A stretch of DNA of 64,000 nucleotides, taken from assembly GCA_029259535.1 (NCBI GenBank), contig JAPHEF010000004.1, positions 5,408-69,407 on the forward strand, in the 5' to 3' direction. Source of the stretch: Candidatus Alkanophaga liquidiphilum. GTDB taxonomy: Archaea; Halobacteriota; Syntropharchaeia; Alkanophagales; B39-G2. Positions within the stretch are counted from its first letter, which is position 1, and the number at the start of each line of letters is the position of its first letter. The notes under the pieces were generated by a model. The model ran no database searches. It saw only the letters and a program-made list of their open reading frames with translations, and had not been told where the DNA came from. This document shows positions 18,973 to 29,897 of the stretch, piece after piece. A program made the position numbers and the translations under genes.

Positions 18973-20103
18973 ATGAACCCCGATTTAGCTCTCGCACTCC
19001 TCGGCTTCGGGCTGGCTGGTGTCACTACATACATCTTAACACACCTTAAGCATCTGGAGGCCTTACCTTCAAGTGATGAGTGTGAGGAATATCTGAGGGT
19101 ATCAATAGTTATTCCAGTTAGGAACGAGGAGGATACTATAAAGGAGTGTCTTGACTCCATCATAAACTTGGATTATCCTGATTATGAGGTCATAGTGGTG
19201 GAAGGTAGCTCGACGGATGCTACAAGGCGCATCCTAAAAAGGTACGAAGGGCGCATAAAAATCCTCGACGAAGGCAGGCTCCCAGAGGGCTGGATAGGGA
19301 AAAACTGGGCCTGCTACAAGGGATATACGGTGGCTGATGGCGATCTACTTCTCTTCACAGACGGCGATACCATACATAGCACTGATAGCCTTAGAAGAGC
19401 TGTATGCGTATTAATGCGGGAAGGGGCTGGGCTCTTAACTTTGATGCCGAAAGCTCGTGTGAGGAGTTTCTGGGAAGCCCTAATACTCCCATTACTAGCT
19501 TTCTTAATAATAGTCTACACTAAGGCATGGCGCATAAACAGGGATCTGCATGATGCTTTTGCGAATGGACAATATCTTCTCTTTAGCCGTGGGGTTTATG
19601 AAGCAATTGGGAGGCATGAAGCTGTTAGAGATATGCTTGTAGAAGACTACGCGTTGGCGCAATTGGTGAGAAAGCATGGATATAAATTAAGGTTTTACTG
19701 GGCGCCTGAAACGCTCAAAGTTCAAATGTATAGAAACTTCACCGAGTTGTGGGAGGGGTGGATCAAAAACATATATCTCGGAATTGGAAATCCATCGTCC
19801 GCTGCCCTGGCAATTACAGAAATCATCATATTAGGAGTTGCGCCATTCATCATCACCCTCTATGGTGTCATAACTACAAATCTGGGTATCACTTTACTCG
19901 GTGCCCCTTCATCAATCCTCATGCTCTGTGCGGGCTTCATAATTCAGAAAGAAGCGGGATCAAAGCCACTCTTGACATTTCTAACACCTGTGGCCATAAT
20001 CATCGTGGCGACCATAATACTCGTGTCTATGATCTGCTATCACAAGGGGGTAGTTAGATGGAAAGGACGGACATATAAGCCTAAAGTTGTAAGAATACGA
20101 TAA
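18973..20103 (+). CDS. family 2 glycosyltransferase with membrane-spanning ends
   Basis: VSIVIPVRNEE, DYEVIVVEGSSTD and FTDGD (DxD) motifs, with hydrophobic N- and C-terminal segments. Confidence 0.8.
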   Translation: MNPDLALALLGFGLAGVTTYILTHLKHLEALPSSDECEEYLRVSIVIPVRNEEDTIKECLDSIINLDYPDYEVIVVEGSSTDATRRILKRYEGRIKILDEGRLPEGWIGKNWACYKGYTVADGDLLLFTDGDTIHSTDSLRRAVCVLMREGAGLLTLMPKARVRSFWEALILPLLAFLIIVYTKAWRINRDLHDAFANGQYLLFSRGVYEAIGRHEAVRDMLVEDYALAQLVRKHGYKLRFYWAPETLKVQMYRNFTELWEGWIKNIYLGIGNPSSAALAITEIIILGVAPFIITLYGVITTNLGITLLGAPSSILMLCAGFIIQKEAGSKPLLTFLTPVAIIIVATIILVSMICYHKGVVRWKGRTYKPKVVRIR

Positions 20104-20113
20104 GCGCCCGCAT

Positions 20114-20129
20114 GCTCCCCTCGGGGAGC
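20114..20129 (+). terminator. hairpin after the glycosyltransferase gene
   Basis: gctcccc-tc-ggggagc forms a perfect 7-bp stem 11 nt after the stop, followed by tttgtttt. Confidence 0.3.
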
Positions 20130-20730
20130 AATCTCACACTTTGTTTTCAAGGTTCTTTATTCCTATGGTGTTTTATTCCTTTTCAAATAAGCTTCTCACG
20201 AAGCCTAGACCTCATATCCCCTACTATTCCTATTCCTCTCAAGACGCCACGTCCCGTGATTGTAATTACAATATTTAAATATTTTCAGCTCGATCTAATC
20301 CGGGATGCCAGCTGGATGTTTGACTTGGACGCTTTCACAGAGAGAGGGAATAAAACCGATATATTTTAAAGACTGAGAATAGGAGAACAGAGAAGAAGGT
20401 AGCTTCTTTTGATTTGCCTGCATTTACTCTGCCTAAACTAATCCTCTGTTAGCTACCTAAATTTAATCTACCTTTGCCCGATTTTAGCTCAGCTCAAAAA
20501 AGGAAAAATTAGATGTTACGACGCTATGGACGTGGTTGATTGCCCCTCTGGAATAATAGCAACTATAATAACAATAGTTGTTCTCATAATTATTTCACGT
20601 CCACTTCCAGAACTCAATGGGATTCCGTCCACGTAGTTCTTGATCGTAGGTATATTGCTTGCTATTATGATCATTGTTGCGGCTATTTCGTCACTTCCGA
20701 GAAGATGATAACTCTATTGTTGCTTTTTGC

Positions 20731-22152
20731 TTATTTCCCTTTTAAAGCTGTTAAAATTCTCTTTTTTTTCTTAATAGCGTTTTCTGCGGCAGCTTTAACC
20801 TTCTGCCGCAATTCTTCAAAGTTCTGAGGCTTGCTTTCGCCTACGACCTTCTTGACGGGCGTGTATGCCGACTCTCTAAATCTCGGGACGAAAGGCATCC
20901 GTCGTCCGTCGACGATTAACTCGGCGCCTTTGCCCCGTTCGACGAAACCCACCTCATCTATCTCGACGCCGGCGGCGCGCACCGCCCTTTTGACAACGTC
21001 CGCAACACCTTCCTCGCAAATCACGAGCAGTGCGTCCAAAGAAACCCCCAAATAATCAATTTGGTGCCGCTCAAGCATTTCTAAAACCTTTGGGTTCGTT
21101 AACTTCCTTATTCTATTCTCATAAAATACAAGCTTCACGTTGGAGACCTTTGCGATCTCGTGGGCGTCGCCGCGCACGCCTCCGTTCGTAACATCGGCCA
21201 TCACATGAATTTTTCCGCTCTTTAAAGCTTCGACCATGTCGTCATCATGCAACAGCGCTTTACATGCGTTTATGAACCTTAAGTTGAGTGTTTCGTAGAC
21301 GACGTTGAAGTCGCCGTGGTAGAGAGCGGCGGTTGCAACGGTGCCCCCGCCTGCACCTTCGGTCATTAAGATGACGTCCCCCTCCTTCGCATTTTTTCTC
21401 GTGAGGATGAAGTCCGCGATACCGACGGCGCCGACGCAGCCGGTCATGCGTTCGCCGATGACGAGGTCGCCGCCGATGCGGAGCGTCGAGCCGGTGATAA
21501 GTGGAACGCCTGAAAGCTCGGAGACGACAGAGATTCCAGCAACGTGCTCGAAGATCTTGGCGACGTCGCCGTCGTCCGCAACGTGTATGTCCGAGAAAAG
21601 CGCAACGGGCTCCGCTGCCATCACGTAAACGTCTCGAAGCGCTGCACGGGCGACATGGAAGCCAGCAAGGAGCGGGAAATCACTGAGCCGTGAGTGCATG
21701 CCGTCCACGGTCACCACCAAGTATTTCGGCGAAGTGGCGTTGCTATGGGCATCGCCGCCTTCAGCGTCATCGCTCACGCCACTGTTGTCGAGTTGCACGA
21801 CGCCGGAATCGCTGAGGCTTGAGGAATCCACGACTGCGCTTGTCCTCCCTATGATTCCTGCAATCTTCTCATGGACGTAGAAGTCGCCCAAGCCACGGGA
21901 GCCGACACCGAACTCTCCCATCATCACGCCTGAAGGTTCGAAGCACAGCACGCCGAGCGGGTCGTCCACCTCGCCGGCACGGAGCGTCGTCCTCGCCTCC
22001 TCAAGGATGGCAGCGGCGAGACGTTCAGCATACTCCGCCGGAATTTTCTTAATTTCTATAATGCGGCGGCTCATTTCCGAAATTATCTCAGCCGCAGGGA
22101 CGCCCTCCCGCAAGCACCGCTTCGCAAAGCCCTCCAAGTCCATACTCCACAA
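20731..22152 (-). CDS. AIR-synthase-related (PurM/HypE/SelD superfamily) protein
   Basis: VVTVDGMHS..., DVYVMAAEPVALFSDIHV and ADVTNGGVRGD motifs in a two-domain PurM-like layout. It may be the methanogenesis-marker-2-like family (uncertain). Confidence 0.65.
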   Translation of the reverse strand: MWSMDLEGFAKRCLREGVPAAEIISEMSRRIIEIKKIPAEYAERLAAAILEEARTTLRAGEVDDPLGVLCFEPSGVMMGEFGVGSRGLGDFYVHEKIAGIIGRTSAVVDSSSLSDSGVVQLDNSGVSDDAEGGDAHSNATSPKYLVVTVDGMHSRLSDFPLLAGFHVARAALRDVYVMAAEPVALFSDIHVADDGDVAKIFEHVAGISVVSELSGVPLITGSTLRIGGDLVIGERMTGCVGAVGIADFILTRKNAKEGDVILMTEGAGGGTVATAALYHGDFNVVYETLNLRFINACKALLHDDDMVEALKSGKIHVMADVTNGGVRGDAHEIAKVSNVKLVFYENRIRKLTNPKVLEMLERHQIDYLGVSLDALLVICEEGVADVVKRAVRAAGVEIDEVGFVERGKGAELIVDGRRMPFVPRFRESAYTPVKKVVGESKPQNFEELRQKVKAAAENAIKKKKRILTALKGK

Positions 22153-22341
22153 TTTAACTCCATTTAAGGCATTTTTTTTGATGAACTGATGCTGACTACT
22201 GAGGTTTTATATAAAGTAATCTCAATCGGGCGAGTTTCATCAGGGAGAAGGGCAGTGGAAGGGGTGGATGCTTCCCGTGCGGGTTGAAGTTCGATTTCAC
22301 TGAGGCAATTAAAATGCTTGGAATTAAACGTAACGCCTGTA

Positions 22342-23478
22342 TCATGTCTTCAAAACCGCCTTTATCTTCCCATCGGCAATCCTGACAACCTTCTCTTTTA
22401 CCTCTTTGAAACTAGCCTCTATTTCGTCTTTGCCGTCAAAGACTTCCGTCTTGATTTTCTCGCCAACGATGTCGTCGCTTTCAGGTTCAAGTCTCAAAAC
22501 GAAACTACCACTCGGCAAAAATTTCCTGAGGCTCTCGAGGGAACCGTCGTAGCCCTCGACGAGGCAGTCGGCGTCGCCGTCCGTAATCCCGATGATCGGC
22601 ATGCCAAACCTCTTGAAAATATCGCCGATGATGCACGTTGTGTCGTCGCCGACGGTCACCGCGGCGTCCACGCTTTCTATCCTTGAGAAAACGTGCTCAG
22701 CATCGTAAAAGTATGCGACCCTGCGGACTTCCCGCTGTGCTGCCGCTTTCAAGACTCGTGGCGGCGTTGTCCGCCTGAAAACACGAGCGGACTTCACCAT
22801 TGCACGCTTTAAATCAATTTTGCCAAGCTTCACGAGGTTATGAGCGATGAGCATGCCCCCTCGCAGCTCCACGATTTTCCCCTCCTTTGCAACAATGGTC
22901 ACGTCGTCGGAGTTAGAAATGCCTATGACGACGCCGTTTACTATTATCTTCTCATCAGGAAGCACGCCACGCACACGGCGTAGCTCTAAGCCGTCTTTAC
23001 TGATTATATCGTCTGCAAGCAGCTCCGCAGGGGCTATCTCGAAGCCTAAGGGCTCTAAAATACGCAGAAGAGTCTCAAGCTCCGCTGCTTCGGCACGCCA
23101 CGGTATCAAGCGCCTGCCCTGAAACTCGACCTGCACGAAGTTCGGCACGTTTGCACGCTTGAAGACCTCGGCGCCGAGCGAGATCCCGCTCTCCAGAGTT
23201 TTTGCGTGGTTTGCGAAGATTATAAGGTCTGCACCCTCCTCATGGAGGCGTCTGACGACCTCTGACGGGCGTAGGTCCATACTGATGTCGATGACGTGCT
23301 GCAAACCCGCATCGATTACGGCGGTTTTCCCGGTAATGCCGCCGAGCGCCGCCCTCACCTCAAAGCCGGAGAGAGCCTCGAGTAGCAGAACAGCCCCACC
23401 ACCATCTATTACTTCAGGACCATGGAACACCAGCGCTAACCGCTTCATCTTTTCTAACTTCATTTCCTGGCGTGGCAA
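22342..23478 (-). CDS. conserved hypothetical protein, same strand as and just downstream of the DHPS-like gene
   Basis: 378-aa ORF with good coding character and no motif I can name. It sits between the DHPS-like and AIR-synthase-like genes. Confidence 0.5.
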   Translation of the reverse strand: MPRQEMKLEKMKRLALVFHGPEVIDGGGAVLLLEALSGFEVRAALGGITGKTAVIDAGLQHVIDISMDLRPSEVVRRLHEEGADLIIFANHAKTLESGISLGAEVFKRANVPNFVQVEFQGRRLIPWRAEAAELETLLRILEPLGFEIAPAELLADDIISKDGLELRRVRGVLPDEKIIVNGVVIGISNSDDVTIVAKEGKIVELRGGMLIAHNLVKLGKIDLKRAMVKSARVFRRTTPPRVLKAAAQREVRRVAYFYDAEHVFSRIESVDAAVTVGDDTTCIIGDIFKRFGMPIIGITDGDADCLVEGYDGSLESLRKFLPSGSFVLRLEPESDDIVGEKIKTEVFDGKDEIEASFKEVKEKVVRIADGKIKAVLKT

Positions 23479-23496
23479 ATAACTCTTCTGCTTGCA

Positions 23497-25032
23497 TTAA
23501 AACGTCTCGTCCTGCACGTAGCTTCTCGAAAACCGCAATGAAAGCTCAGCCTTCAAAAGCTCACGCCCGAGATAGGCAGCGTGCTCAAGCGAGGAGACGA
23601 GCCCAAACTTCAGAATCGTATCAAGGACATCCTTTGCCGTCTTTCCTTTAATGACGACCTTCGAAGAGTGTTTTGCGTAAATCTCGTCGTCGAACGTTGC
23701 TATTTCAAAACAGCCTTTCGGGTCAGGCGTCCACGTTTCGGATGCGCTCGCATTTACAACATTAACGGCGTCGCCGAGAATCAGTCGTCGAAGTTCGGCG
23801 TCGGGCGGCGTTCTCCGCCGTTTTTCTTTCACGACGAGCAAATCCAACCCCAAGTCCTTAGGCGGCATGTTGCGACGCCTCGCAAGGAGCGTCATCTCCG
23901 CTGCCTGTCGCAACTCTTTAATGCCACCTCTCGTCTTAGGGCTGTGCTCCGTCGTGAAGAGTATGTCGACGTCGAGTTCGGCGGCGACGCATGCGAGCAC
24001 AGCGTTCACGCCGACAGAATCCGCATCCAGAAGCTCAGTTACGTTCCCCACGCCAAACAACAAAGGCGTCTTTTTGTCCTTCGCTCTGAAAAAATAGTAT
24101 GTCAACAGCGAGCCCAAAATGCCCCTGCCGACGAGTGGCGGACTCAGCACAGGGTCTGCGATTATTTTGCGAACGCCTATTTTCCTTGCAGTTTTAATGT
24201 TCGCTAGCAAGCTTCTTACCCTATCTTCTGCGGATACCAGCTTGTTTTCACCCACGGCATCGGGCTCGTCAGGAATCAAGACGGCAGCAACGTCGTGCGC
24301 TGCGACGTGCTCGCTCACAGTCTCCAAATTTTTGCCACTGAGACTCATTATCATATCCACACCAGCATTCAATGCAGCTGCGATTTGTGGCGGCAAGAAG
24401 GTATCGATGCTGAGCGGCACGCCGAAGTCAGAGGCGACTCGCACCACCTTTTCCACGTCTGCGGGCTTTGCATCCAGCGGCACACCCAAATCCACGATGT
24501 CGGCGCCCTTTTCCACATAGTCCTCAATGCGGCGGCGAAGCTCGGTTTCCTCGAGCCTCGTCGCATCCACCACTTCTGCGCAAATCTTCATGCGTCCGCC
24601 GCCTATCTTCAAGCCCTTTATGCTGAAGCTCGCCGTCGCCGCCCTCTCCGCTTCTTCTAACTCCTTAAGCGCCACTTCAAGGCGGCGACTCGCCACAAGC
24701 TCGTCGGCGGCGCGCTCGCCCGAAAGCGGCGCGCCCTCCTTAAGTAACGGCAATAAAAGCGGAATGTCATAGGCGTTCTTTGTTCCTTTCCTCGTCGTTG
24801 CCACGCCATCCAAAATGCTGAAGTCCGAGCCGCACAAGCCCGATACCAGCACTAAATCGTATTCGTCGTCAAGCGTCTTCAAAAACTCCCTGAGCATCTC
24901 AGGCGTGATGAACGCCGCAACATCGACGTCCAAAACGGCGACATCGCATTCCACACCCTCTGCCCTTGCAGCCTTCGCCGCCTCCCTTACAAGCTTTTCC
25001 GCTCTCCTTCCGGTTATCAAGAGCACCCTCAT
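23497..25032 (-). CDS. dihydropteroate synthase-like pterin-binding protein (methanopterin-pathway type)
   Basis: Central TIM-barrel region with EKGADIVDLG and SIDT motifs of the DHPS fold, plus extra N- and C-terminal domains, as in the long archaeal DHPS-like proteins. Confidence 0.65.
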   Translation of the reverse strand: MRVLLITGRRAEKLVREAAKAARAEGVECDVAVLDVDVAAFITPEMLREFLKTLDDEYDLVLVSGLCGSDFSILDGVATTRKGTKNAYDIPLLLPLLKEGAPLSGERAADELVASRRLEVALKELEEAERAATASFSIKGLKIGGGRMKICAEVVDATRLEETELRRRIEDYVEKGADIVDLGVPLDAKPADVEKVVRVASDFGVPLSIDTFLPPQIAAALNAGVDMIMSLSGKNLETVSEHVAAHDVAAVLIPDEPDAVGENKLVSAEDRVRSLLANIKTARKIGVRKIIADPVLSPPLVGRGILGSLLTYYFFRAKDKKTPLLFGVGNVTELLDADSVGVNAVLACVAAELDVDILFTTEHSPKTRGGIKELRQAAEMTLLARRRNMPPKDLGLDLLVVKEKRRRTPPDAELRRLILGDAVNVVNASASETWTPDPKGCFEIATFDDEIYAKHSSKVVIKGKTAKDVLDTILKFGLVSSLEHAAYLGRELLKAELSLRFSRSYVQDETF

Positions 25033-25601
25033 AGGATGCCACTCCTCAAAACTGCTCTTGCGAAAATCCTTGCAACTCTTAGTGGTTCTGGAACCTTTCC
25101 ATGCGTCGTGAACTTGTTTAAGAGCGTTCTTGCTTCTCTGATTGTCATCCCAAGTGCCCGCACGAAGACTGAGTGCCCGTTGCGCAGCCTCACCGGCGTG
25201 CGTTCGCCCAAACTTTTGTAAATAGCTACTCGTTGCTCCCAGTCATCAAAGTGCGCTTTAAAGTGTTCTTCAAGCCCTTCCGACGGCTCGTAAGTGACAC
25301 AGAGCACCGGGATGCCTAAAGCATCATGAACCTTGTTTATGTCAATGATGTTGAACCAGCTGATGATACAACCGTTAAGCATGATGGCGTTGAGGTCGTT
25401 TCTTTGAAGCGATTCAAAGATTTGGAGGACGCCCGCTGTTGCATCCATACCGCCTACCGTGATTTTCGTGACGGCGACGCCGTCTATCTGCAAATCAGGG
25501 CGCATGACCACGCCCGCCAGCACTGACACGTTGCGACGCCGCACGAAGCTCTCGGCAACGCCGAGCACCCGTATGCCTCTCTTGCTTAAGTGAAGTTCCA
25601 T
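25029..25601 (-). CDS. UPF0215/DUF99 family protein
   Basis: MELHLSKRGIRVLGVAESF start, about 190 aa. The 4-nt overlap with the downstream DHPS-like gene suggests an operon. Confidence 0.6.
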   Translation of the reverse strand: MELHLSKRGIRVLGVAESFVRRRNVSVLAGVVMRPDLQIDGVAVTKITVGGMDATAGVLQIFESLQRNDLNAIMLNGCIISWFNIIDINKVHDALGIPVLCVTYEPSEGLEEHFKAHFDDWEQRVAIYKSLGERTPVRLRNGHSVFVRALGMTIREARTLLNKFTTHGKVPEPLRVARIFARAVLRSGIL

Positions 25602-25635
25602 CTTAAGATTTAAGGCGGGAGACGAGAAAAAAGCA

Positions 25636-25929
25636 TTGATGCTTGCAGAGTTCGAAGTGAGCTTCAACGAGGACGAAGACGGTAAGGAGCTTGCGAGAAT
25701 AATTTACGAGGCGGTGCGTAAGGAAGCTGAGGAGCCGCTGCGGCGGGCGAGCGTCACGCTCTCGCTGGAGATTAGCAAGGGCGAAGACGAAGAGAAAAAA
25801 AGCACGCCTTGCATTCTTATTCGCATCCACGCCGACGACATCGTCATGCTCAGGGCGCTTTCCAATACTTGGCTCAGGTTGATAAAAACGTCAAAAGAGG
25901 CTTTAGACGTGATTCGTAATAGTAGCTAA
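25636..25929 (+). CDS. KEOPS subunit Pcc1-like protein
   Basis: Small protein with ...ARIIYEAV..E...ILIRIHADDIVMLRALSNTWLRLIKTSKEALDVI, a Pcc1/CTAG pattern. Confidence 0.6.
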   Translation: MMLAEFEVSFNEDEDGKELARIIYEAVRKEAEEPLRRASVTLSLEISKGEDEEKKSTPCILIRIHADDIVMLRALSNTWLRLIKTSKEALDVIRNSS

Positions 25930-25980
25930 AAATTACCGCCATTTTGAACTGGTGCATCCACGACATAACTCCATGACATT

Positions 25981-28920
25981 TCAGGCAACCACGAAAATCG
26001 CAGGTCTTGTGGGCATTGCCGCCTTGCTTTTGCCCTGCGGGTCGAGCTTTTTGCGTTCGTCGCCGCTCAGCCCCTCAAGTTCCTCAGCCTCGTAAATCTT
26101 AAACTCGCATGAGAACTCCCTCTCAAAGAATTCTTTCTCCTCCAAAAACAACTTCTTCTCATCTATTTCAAAGAAATCCTTCTTCTCCATTCCCTTATCC
26201 TTAATCAGCTCCACTGCCTTCCTCACGAAGTCCGCAGTCTCCTTACCTCGCAGCCGCATCTCTTCCGCTCTCATCACTATGGGCATTACTTCCCTAAGCC
26301 CCTTACCCGCCTTTACTTCGTTTAAAATCTTCGAGAACGCTCGCCTCTTCCATTCAGGTGTCACATACAAAATGATTTTCTGCGGCTTCACGTTTATGAC
26401 TCTCAGAATTTCGGAAATGTCGTCGCAGACCCACTCTATAAGCTCCTCGGCAGCCTCTGCTTTTTTGTCCACGAGTGTTTCGTCGACCTCTGGGAACGGC
26501 GCAAGCGACACGTAGCCCTCACGCTCGGAAAAGCCCCAACGCTCCCAAACCTCCTCGCAGACGTGCGGGATGAAGGGCGCGAGCAGCCGCACCCAAACAT
26601 GAAGCAGCTTCTTCAATATCCACTTCGCTCCCTCCCTCTCGATAGACGTTCGCTTCCTATACCAACGTAGGTCGCCGTCAATCTCGTAGTAAGCGTGCTG
26701 TAACGCCCTCCTGCACTGGAAGTTTTCTAACGCCTCGTTTACCTCCTTAACGTGCCTCTGAAGCTTGCTTAGCAGCCACCTGTCTATGCTTTTTAACTCT
26801 ATTTCCCTCTTTGCCTCCTTTAAGCTCTTTCTGAAATCCACAGCGCACTCCATGTCAATTACCTCATTGGCGAAGCTCAGAAATCGCTCTATCTGCCTTC
26901 TCGTTGAGAATACAAGCTCGTCACGCCAGTCGAAGTCCTGCCACGGCTCCGCAGCGCCTATGAGGAACATGCGGACGGCATCTGCTCCGTATTTCTCGAT
27001 GGCATCTTTCAGGAGGACAACGTTGCCTTTCGAGCTGCTCATCTTACGTCCTTGGAGCGTCGCCATCCCGAAGACCACCATGCCTCTCGGCCAGAGGTTT
27101 TCCGGGAAGATTGCGACGTGATGGAAAAGCTGGAACGTCAGGTGGTTCCCGACGAGGTCTCTCGCCGAAAGCCGGTAGTCGTAGGGATACCAATACAAAA
27201 ACTCCCTACGCATCTCGTCAAGCAACCTCAGCTCCTCATTGCTCAGCTTTTTCCTCTTCTCCTCAGGAAGCGAAGCTCCCAAAAATATGTAGTCAAACAC
27301 CTCGGGCTCCAGAATTTCAGGACGCAATTCACGTAGCTTGTATGAGATTGTGTAATACGCCATGTAGATAGTGGAATCGCTGAGCGGCTCGATAATCCAT
27401 TCTTTATCCCAAGGCAAGTTCGTGCCGAGTCCGATTCTACGGGTGCACGCCCACTCTCTTAGCCACTCCACGACTTGCTTGAACTCTGCAAAAATCTCGG
27501 GCGGCACCACGTTCATCCTCGACAAGCACGCGCGCACCTGATCTTTCCATGCTTCGTCGCTGTAGTCCAAAAACCATTGGTCCTTCAGCACCGAAATTAC
27601 CACGGGAGTGTTGCACCTACATACCACGGGACGCTCGCTGAACTCATACATCAACGCAGCCTTGCCGTCCGCAAGAAGCGTCTCCTTCACGGTTTCACGG
27701 GCGTCTTTCACCGACACGCCTGCTAACCCCATCGCATCAACCTTCATCCGCCCCTTGTTGAACTCTGCGGTGTAAAGCTCGGTGGTGGCGTCTTCGAGCC
27801 GTTTGTCGTTCTGGTTTTCGATGCCCATCCTCATGACGACAGTCTCTGCGGGTATTTCGCCGTAGCCCTCAATCTCGATTATCGGGATAGGCAAAACGTT
27901 CAAGTATTTGCCCTGCCTATGCAAATCTCGGAGAGCGGCAAAGTCGAACGGCGCGTGCGCAGGCACACTCATCACGACACCCGTCGCAAAATCAGGGTCA
28001 ACAAAGCTTGCGGGCAAGATTTTCACGGTGCGTCCATCAACCACGTTCAACGCTTGCCTGTCCACGAAGTCCGAGCCTCCCACCCGCCCCTCCACTTCCA
28101 CCTCGTAGCCTTGATTTTTCAACTTCTCAGCGGCAGGCTCGCTCACCAACCAACGCTCAAACTCCCCAGAACCCCTCTTAACCTTAGCAATTACGTAAGA
28201 AGCCTCATCATTTATCCAAAGGTTAGTGACGCCGAAAACGGTTTCGGGACGTAAGGTTGCAGTCGGCAAGATAAGCTCCTCACCCTCAAGGACGAATTTT
28301 AGCAACACAAACTCATTAATGCTGGCACCCTCGCCCGCAAGGAGGTCGTGGTCGCCGACTGGATTCTTGCACGACGGGCAGTATCTTATCGGATGCTCGC
28401 CCTTAACAACATAGCCCCTCTCGCGGAGCTTCAAAAACTGCCATTCTATGAATTTTTTATAGTGCTGGTCCACGGTGGTGAAGCGCCGCCGCCAATCAAT
28501 GGAGTAGCCGAGGGCGTCCATGACCTCCTTATACTCATTGCTGAAATACGAGACGATTTCATAGGGGTCAGAAAACTTCTTTAACGTCTCCTCCGGAACC
28601 TTATACAAATCTCGGTAAAGCCTTATGGCGTCAGGGTCGTTTTTTGCGATTCTTCGTGCGATGCCAATGACCGGCGCACCAGTGACGTGAAACGCCATGG
28701 GGAACAGCACGTTCCGCCCCTTCATCCGCTGGAAGCGGGCAATGACGTCAGGAACCGTGTAGGTGCGCCCGTGCCCAACATGCATCGCCCCCGACGGGTA
28801 AGGGTATGCGACATTCACGTAGAACTTTGAAGCGTCGTCACGCACGTGCGCCTCGTAAATCTTGTGGTGCTGCCAGCGGCGCTGCCATTTTTTTTCTACC
28901 TCGATGGCGTCAATGCCCAT
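25981..28920 (-). CDS. leuS: leucyl-tRNA synthetase (archaeal type)
   Basis: [16 protein letters not shown] (HIGH region), KMSSSKGN (KMSKS), 979 aa. Confidence 0.95.
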   Translation of the reverse strand: MGIDAIEVEKKWQRRWQHHKIYEAHVRDDASKFYVNVAYPYPSGAMHVGHGRTYTVPDVIARFQRMKGRNVLFPMAFHVTGAPVIGIARRIAKNDPDAIRLYRDLYKVPEETLKKFSDPYEIVSYFSNEYKEVMDALGYSIDWRRRFTTVDQHYKKFIEWQFLKLRERGYVVKGEHPIRYCPSCKNPVGDHDLLAGEGASINEFVLLKFVLEGEELILPTATLRPETVFGVTNLWINDEASYVIAKVKRGSGEFERWLVSEPAAEKLKNQGYEVEVEGRVGGSDFVDRQALNVVDGRTVKILPASFVDPDFATGVVMSVPAHAPFDFAALRDLHRQGKYLNVLPIPIIEIEGYGEIPAETVVMRMGIENQNDKRLEDATTELYTAEFNKGRMKVDAMGLAGVSVKDARETVKETLLADGKAALMYEFSERPVVCRCNTPVVISVLKDQWFLDYSDEAWKDQVRACLSRMNVVPPEIFAEFKQVVEWLREWACTRRIGLGTNLPWDKEWIIEPLSDSTIYMAYYTISYKLRELRPEILEPEVFDYIFLGASLPEEKRKKLSNEELRLLDEMRREFLYWYPYDYRLSARDLVGNHLTFQLFHHVAIFPENLWPRGMVVFGMATLQGRKMSSSKGNVVLLKDAIEKYGADAVRMFLIGAAEPWQDFDWRDELVFSTRRQIERFLSFANEVIDMECAVDFRKSLKEAKREIELKSIDRWLLSKLQRHVKEVNEALENFQCRRALQHAYYEIDGDLRWYRKRTSIEREGAKWILKKLLHVWVRLLAPFIPHVCEEVWERWGFSEREGYVSLAPFPEVDETLVDKKAEAAEELIEWVCDDISEILRVINVKPQKIILYVTPEWKRRAFSKILNEVKAGKGLREVMPIVMRAEEMRLRGKETADFVRKAVELIKDKGMEKKDFFEIDEKKLFLEEKEFFEREFSCEFKIYEAEELEGLSGDERKKLDPQGKSKAAMPTRPAIFVVA

Positions 28921-28971
28921 CTATTATGCTACGGGTTTAGAATATTTAAATGGGTAACAAATGTTGGAACG

Positions 28972-29769
28972 ATGGAGAAGAAAATAGACTTCTTAAAAGT
29001 GAGGATAGAGCTGGAAAAGGAATTGCCCCAATTAGAGAAGCCAGTGTTCGTGCAAGGGTTAGGCGGCTTGGGCAACGTCGGCATGCTCGCCGCCACGCAC
29101 TTGATAAGGGAGTTAGATGCGATAAAACTTGCTAATGTATATTCGCCGTATTTTGTTAGAGCTACATCGCCCCTCCCTGGAATAATGTATGCGGATGGCG
29201 TCGTGGAACTTTTAAAAGACGAGATTTATTACGACCCTGAGGAGAGCCTCATGATTTTCGTCGGACCTTACCAGGGCAGCACGCTGGAATCCTACTACAT
29301 GTTTGCGGAGGTCATTCTTGACTTTTGTGCCAAGTGCGGCGTCCGCCGCGTCTTCACTCTCGGAGGCTACGGCACCGGTCGCCACGTCGCAGAGCCGAAA
29401 GTCTATGGCGTCGCCACCGACGCCCGCCTCGTCGAGGAGATAAAAAAGCACGGCGTCCACGTGGAGCGGGGCTACCACGGTCCGATAACCGGGATGGCGG
29501 GACTCCTCCTCGGGCTCGGCAAGGAGCGTGGCTTCGAGGGCGTTTGCCTCCTCGGCGAGACGCACGGCGAATACCCCGACCCAAAGGCGGCAAAGGCGGT
29601 ATTCAAGGCGCTAACGAGTATCCTTGGCATAAAAGCCAGCACTGATGCGCTTGATAAGGAGATAAAGATTATAGAGGAGGAAATGCGAAGGATGGCAGAG
29701 CAGGAAAGAAGGGGGGAGCAAAGACCTACGTTCATGCCGTTTGATGACAGGTATGTGGGTTACGTTTAG
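28972..29769 (+). CDS. PAC2 family protein, paralog 2
   Basis: MEKKIDFLKV...KPVFVQGLGGLGNVGMLAATHLI. TATA-like AATATTTAAA at 28941-28950 lies about 22 nt before the ATG. The track ORF 28846 is an over-extension. Confidence 0.7.
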   Translation: MEKKIDFLKVRIELEKELPQLEKPVFVQGLGGLGNVGMLAATHLIRELDAIKLANVYSPYFVRATSPLPGIMYADGVVELLKDEIYYDPEESLMIFVGPYQGSTLESYYMFAEVILDFCAKCGVRRVFTLGGYGTGRHVAEPKVYGVATDARLVEEIKKHGVHVERGYHGPITGMAGLLLGLGKERGFEGVCLLGETHGEYPDPKAAKAVFKALTSILGIKASTDALDKEIKIIEEEMRRMAEQERRGEQRPTFMPFDDRYVGYV

Positions 29770-29897
29770 CTTTACACTCGCATGGGCTAAGGAGCATAGC
29801 GGCTCTACCATTGGTAGCAAAACTATGCGCTTGTGTTGCGGTCTGCTACCGAGGTGAAAAAGAAAAGAAAGTAGCTTTAATGGAAAAATAAAGGGAA

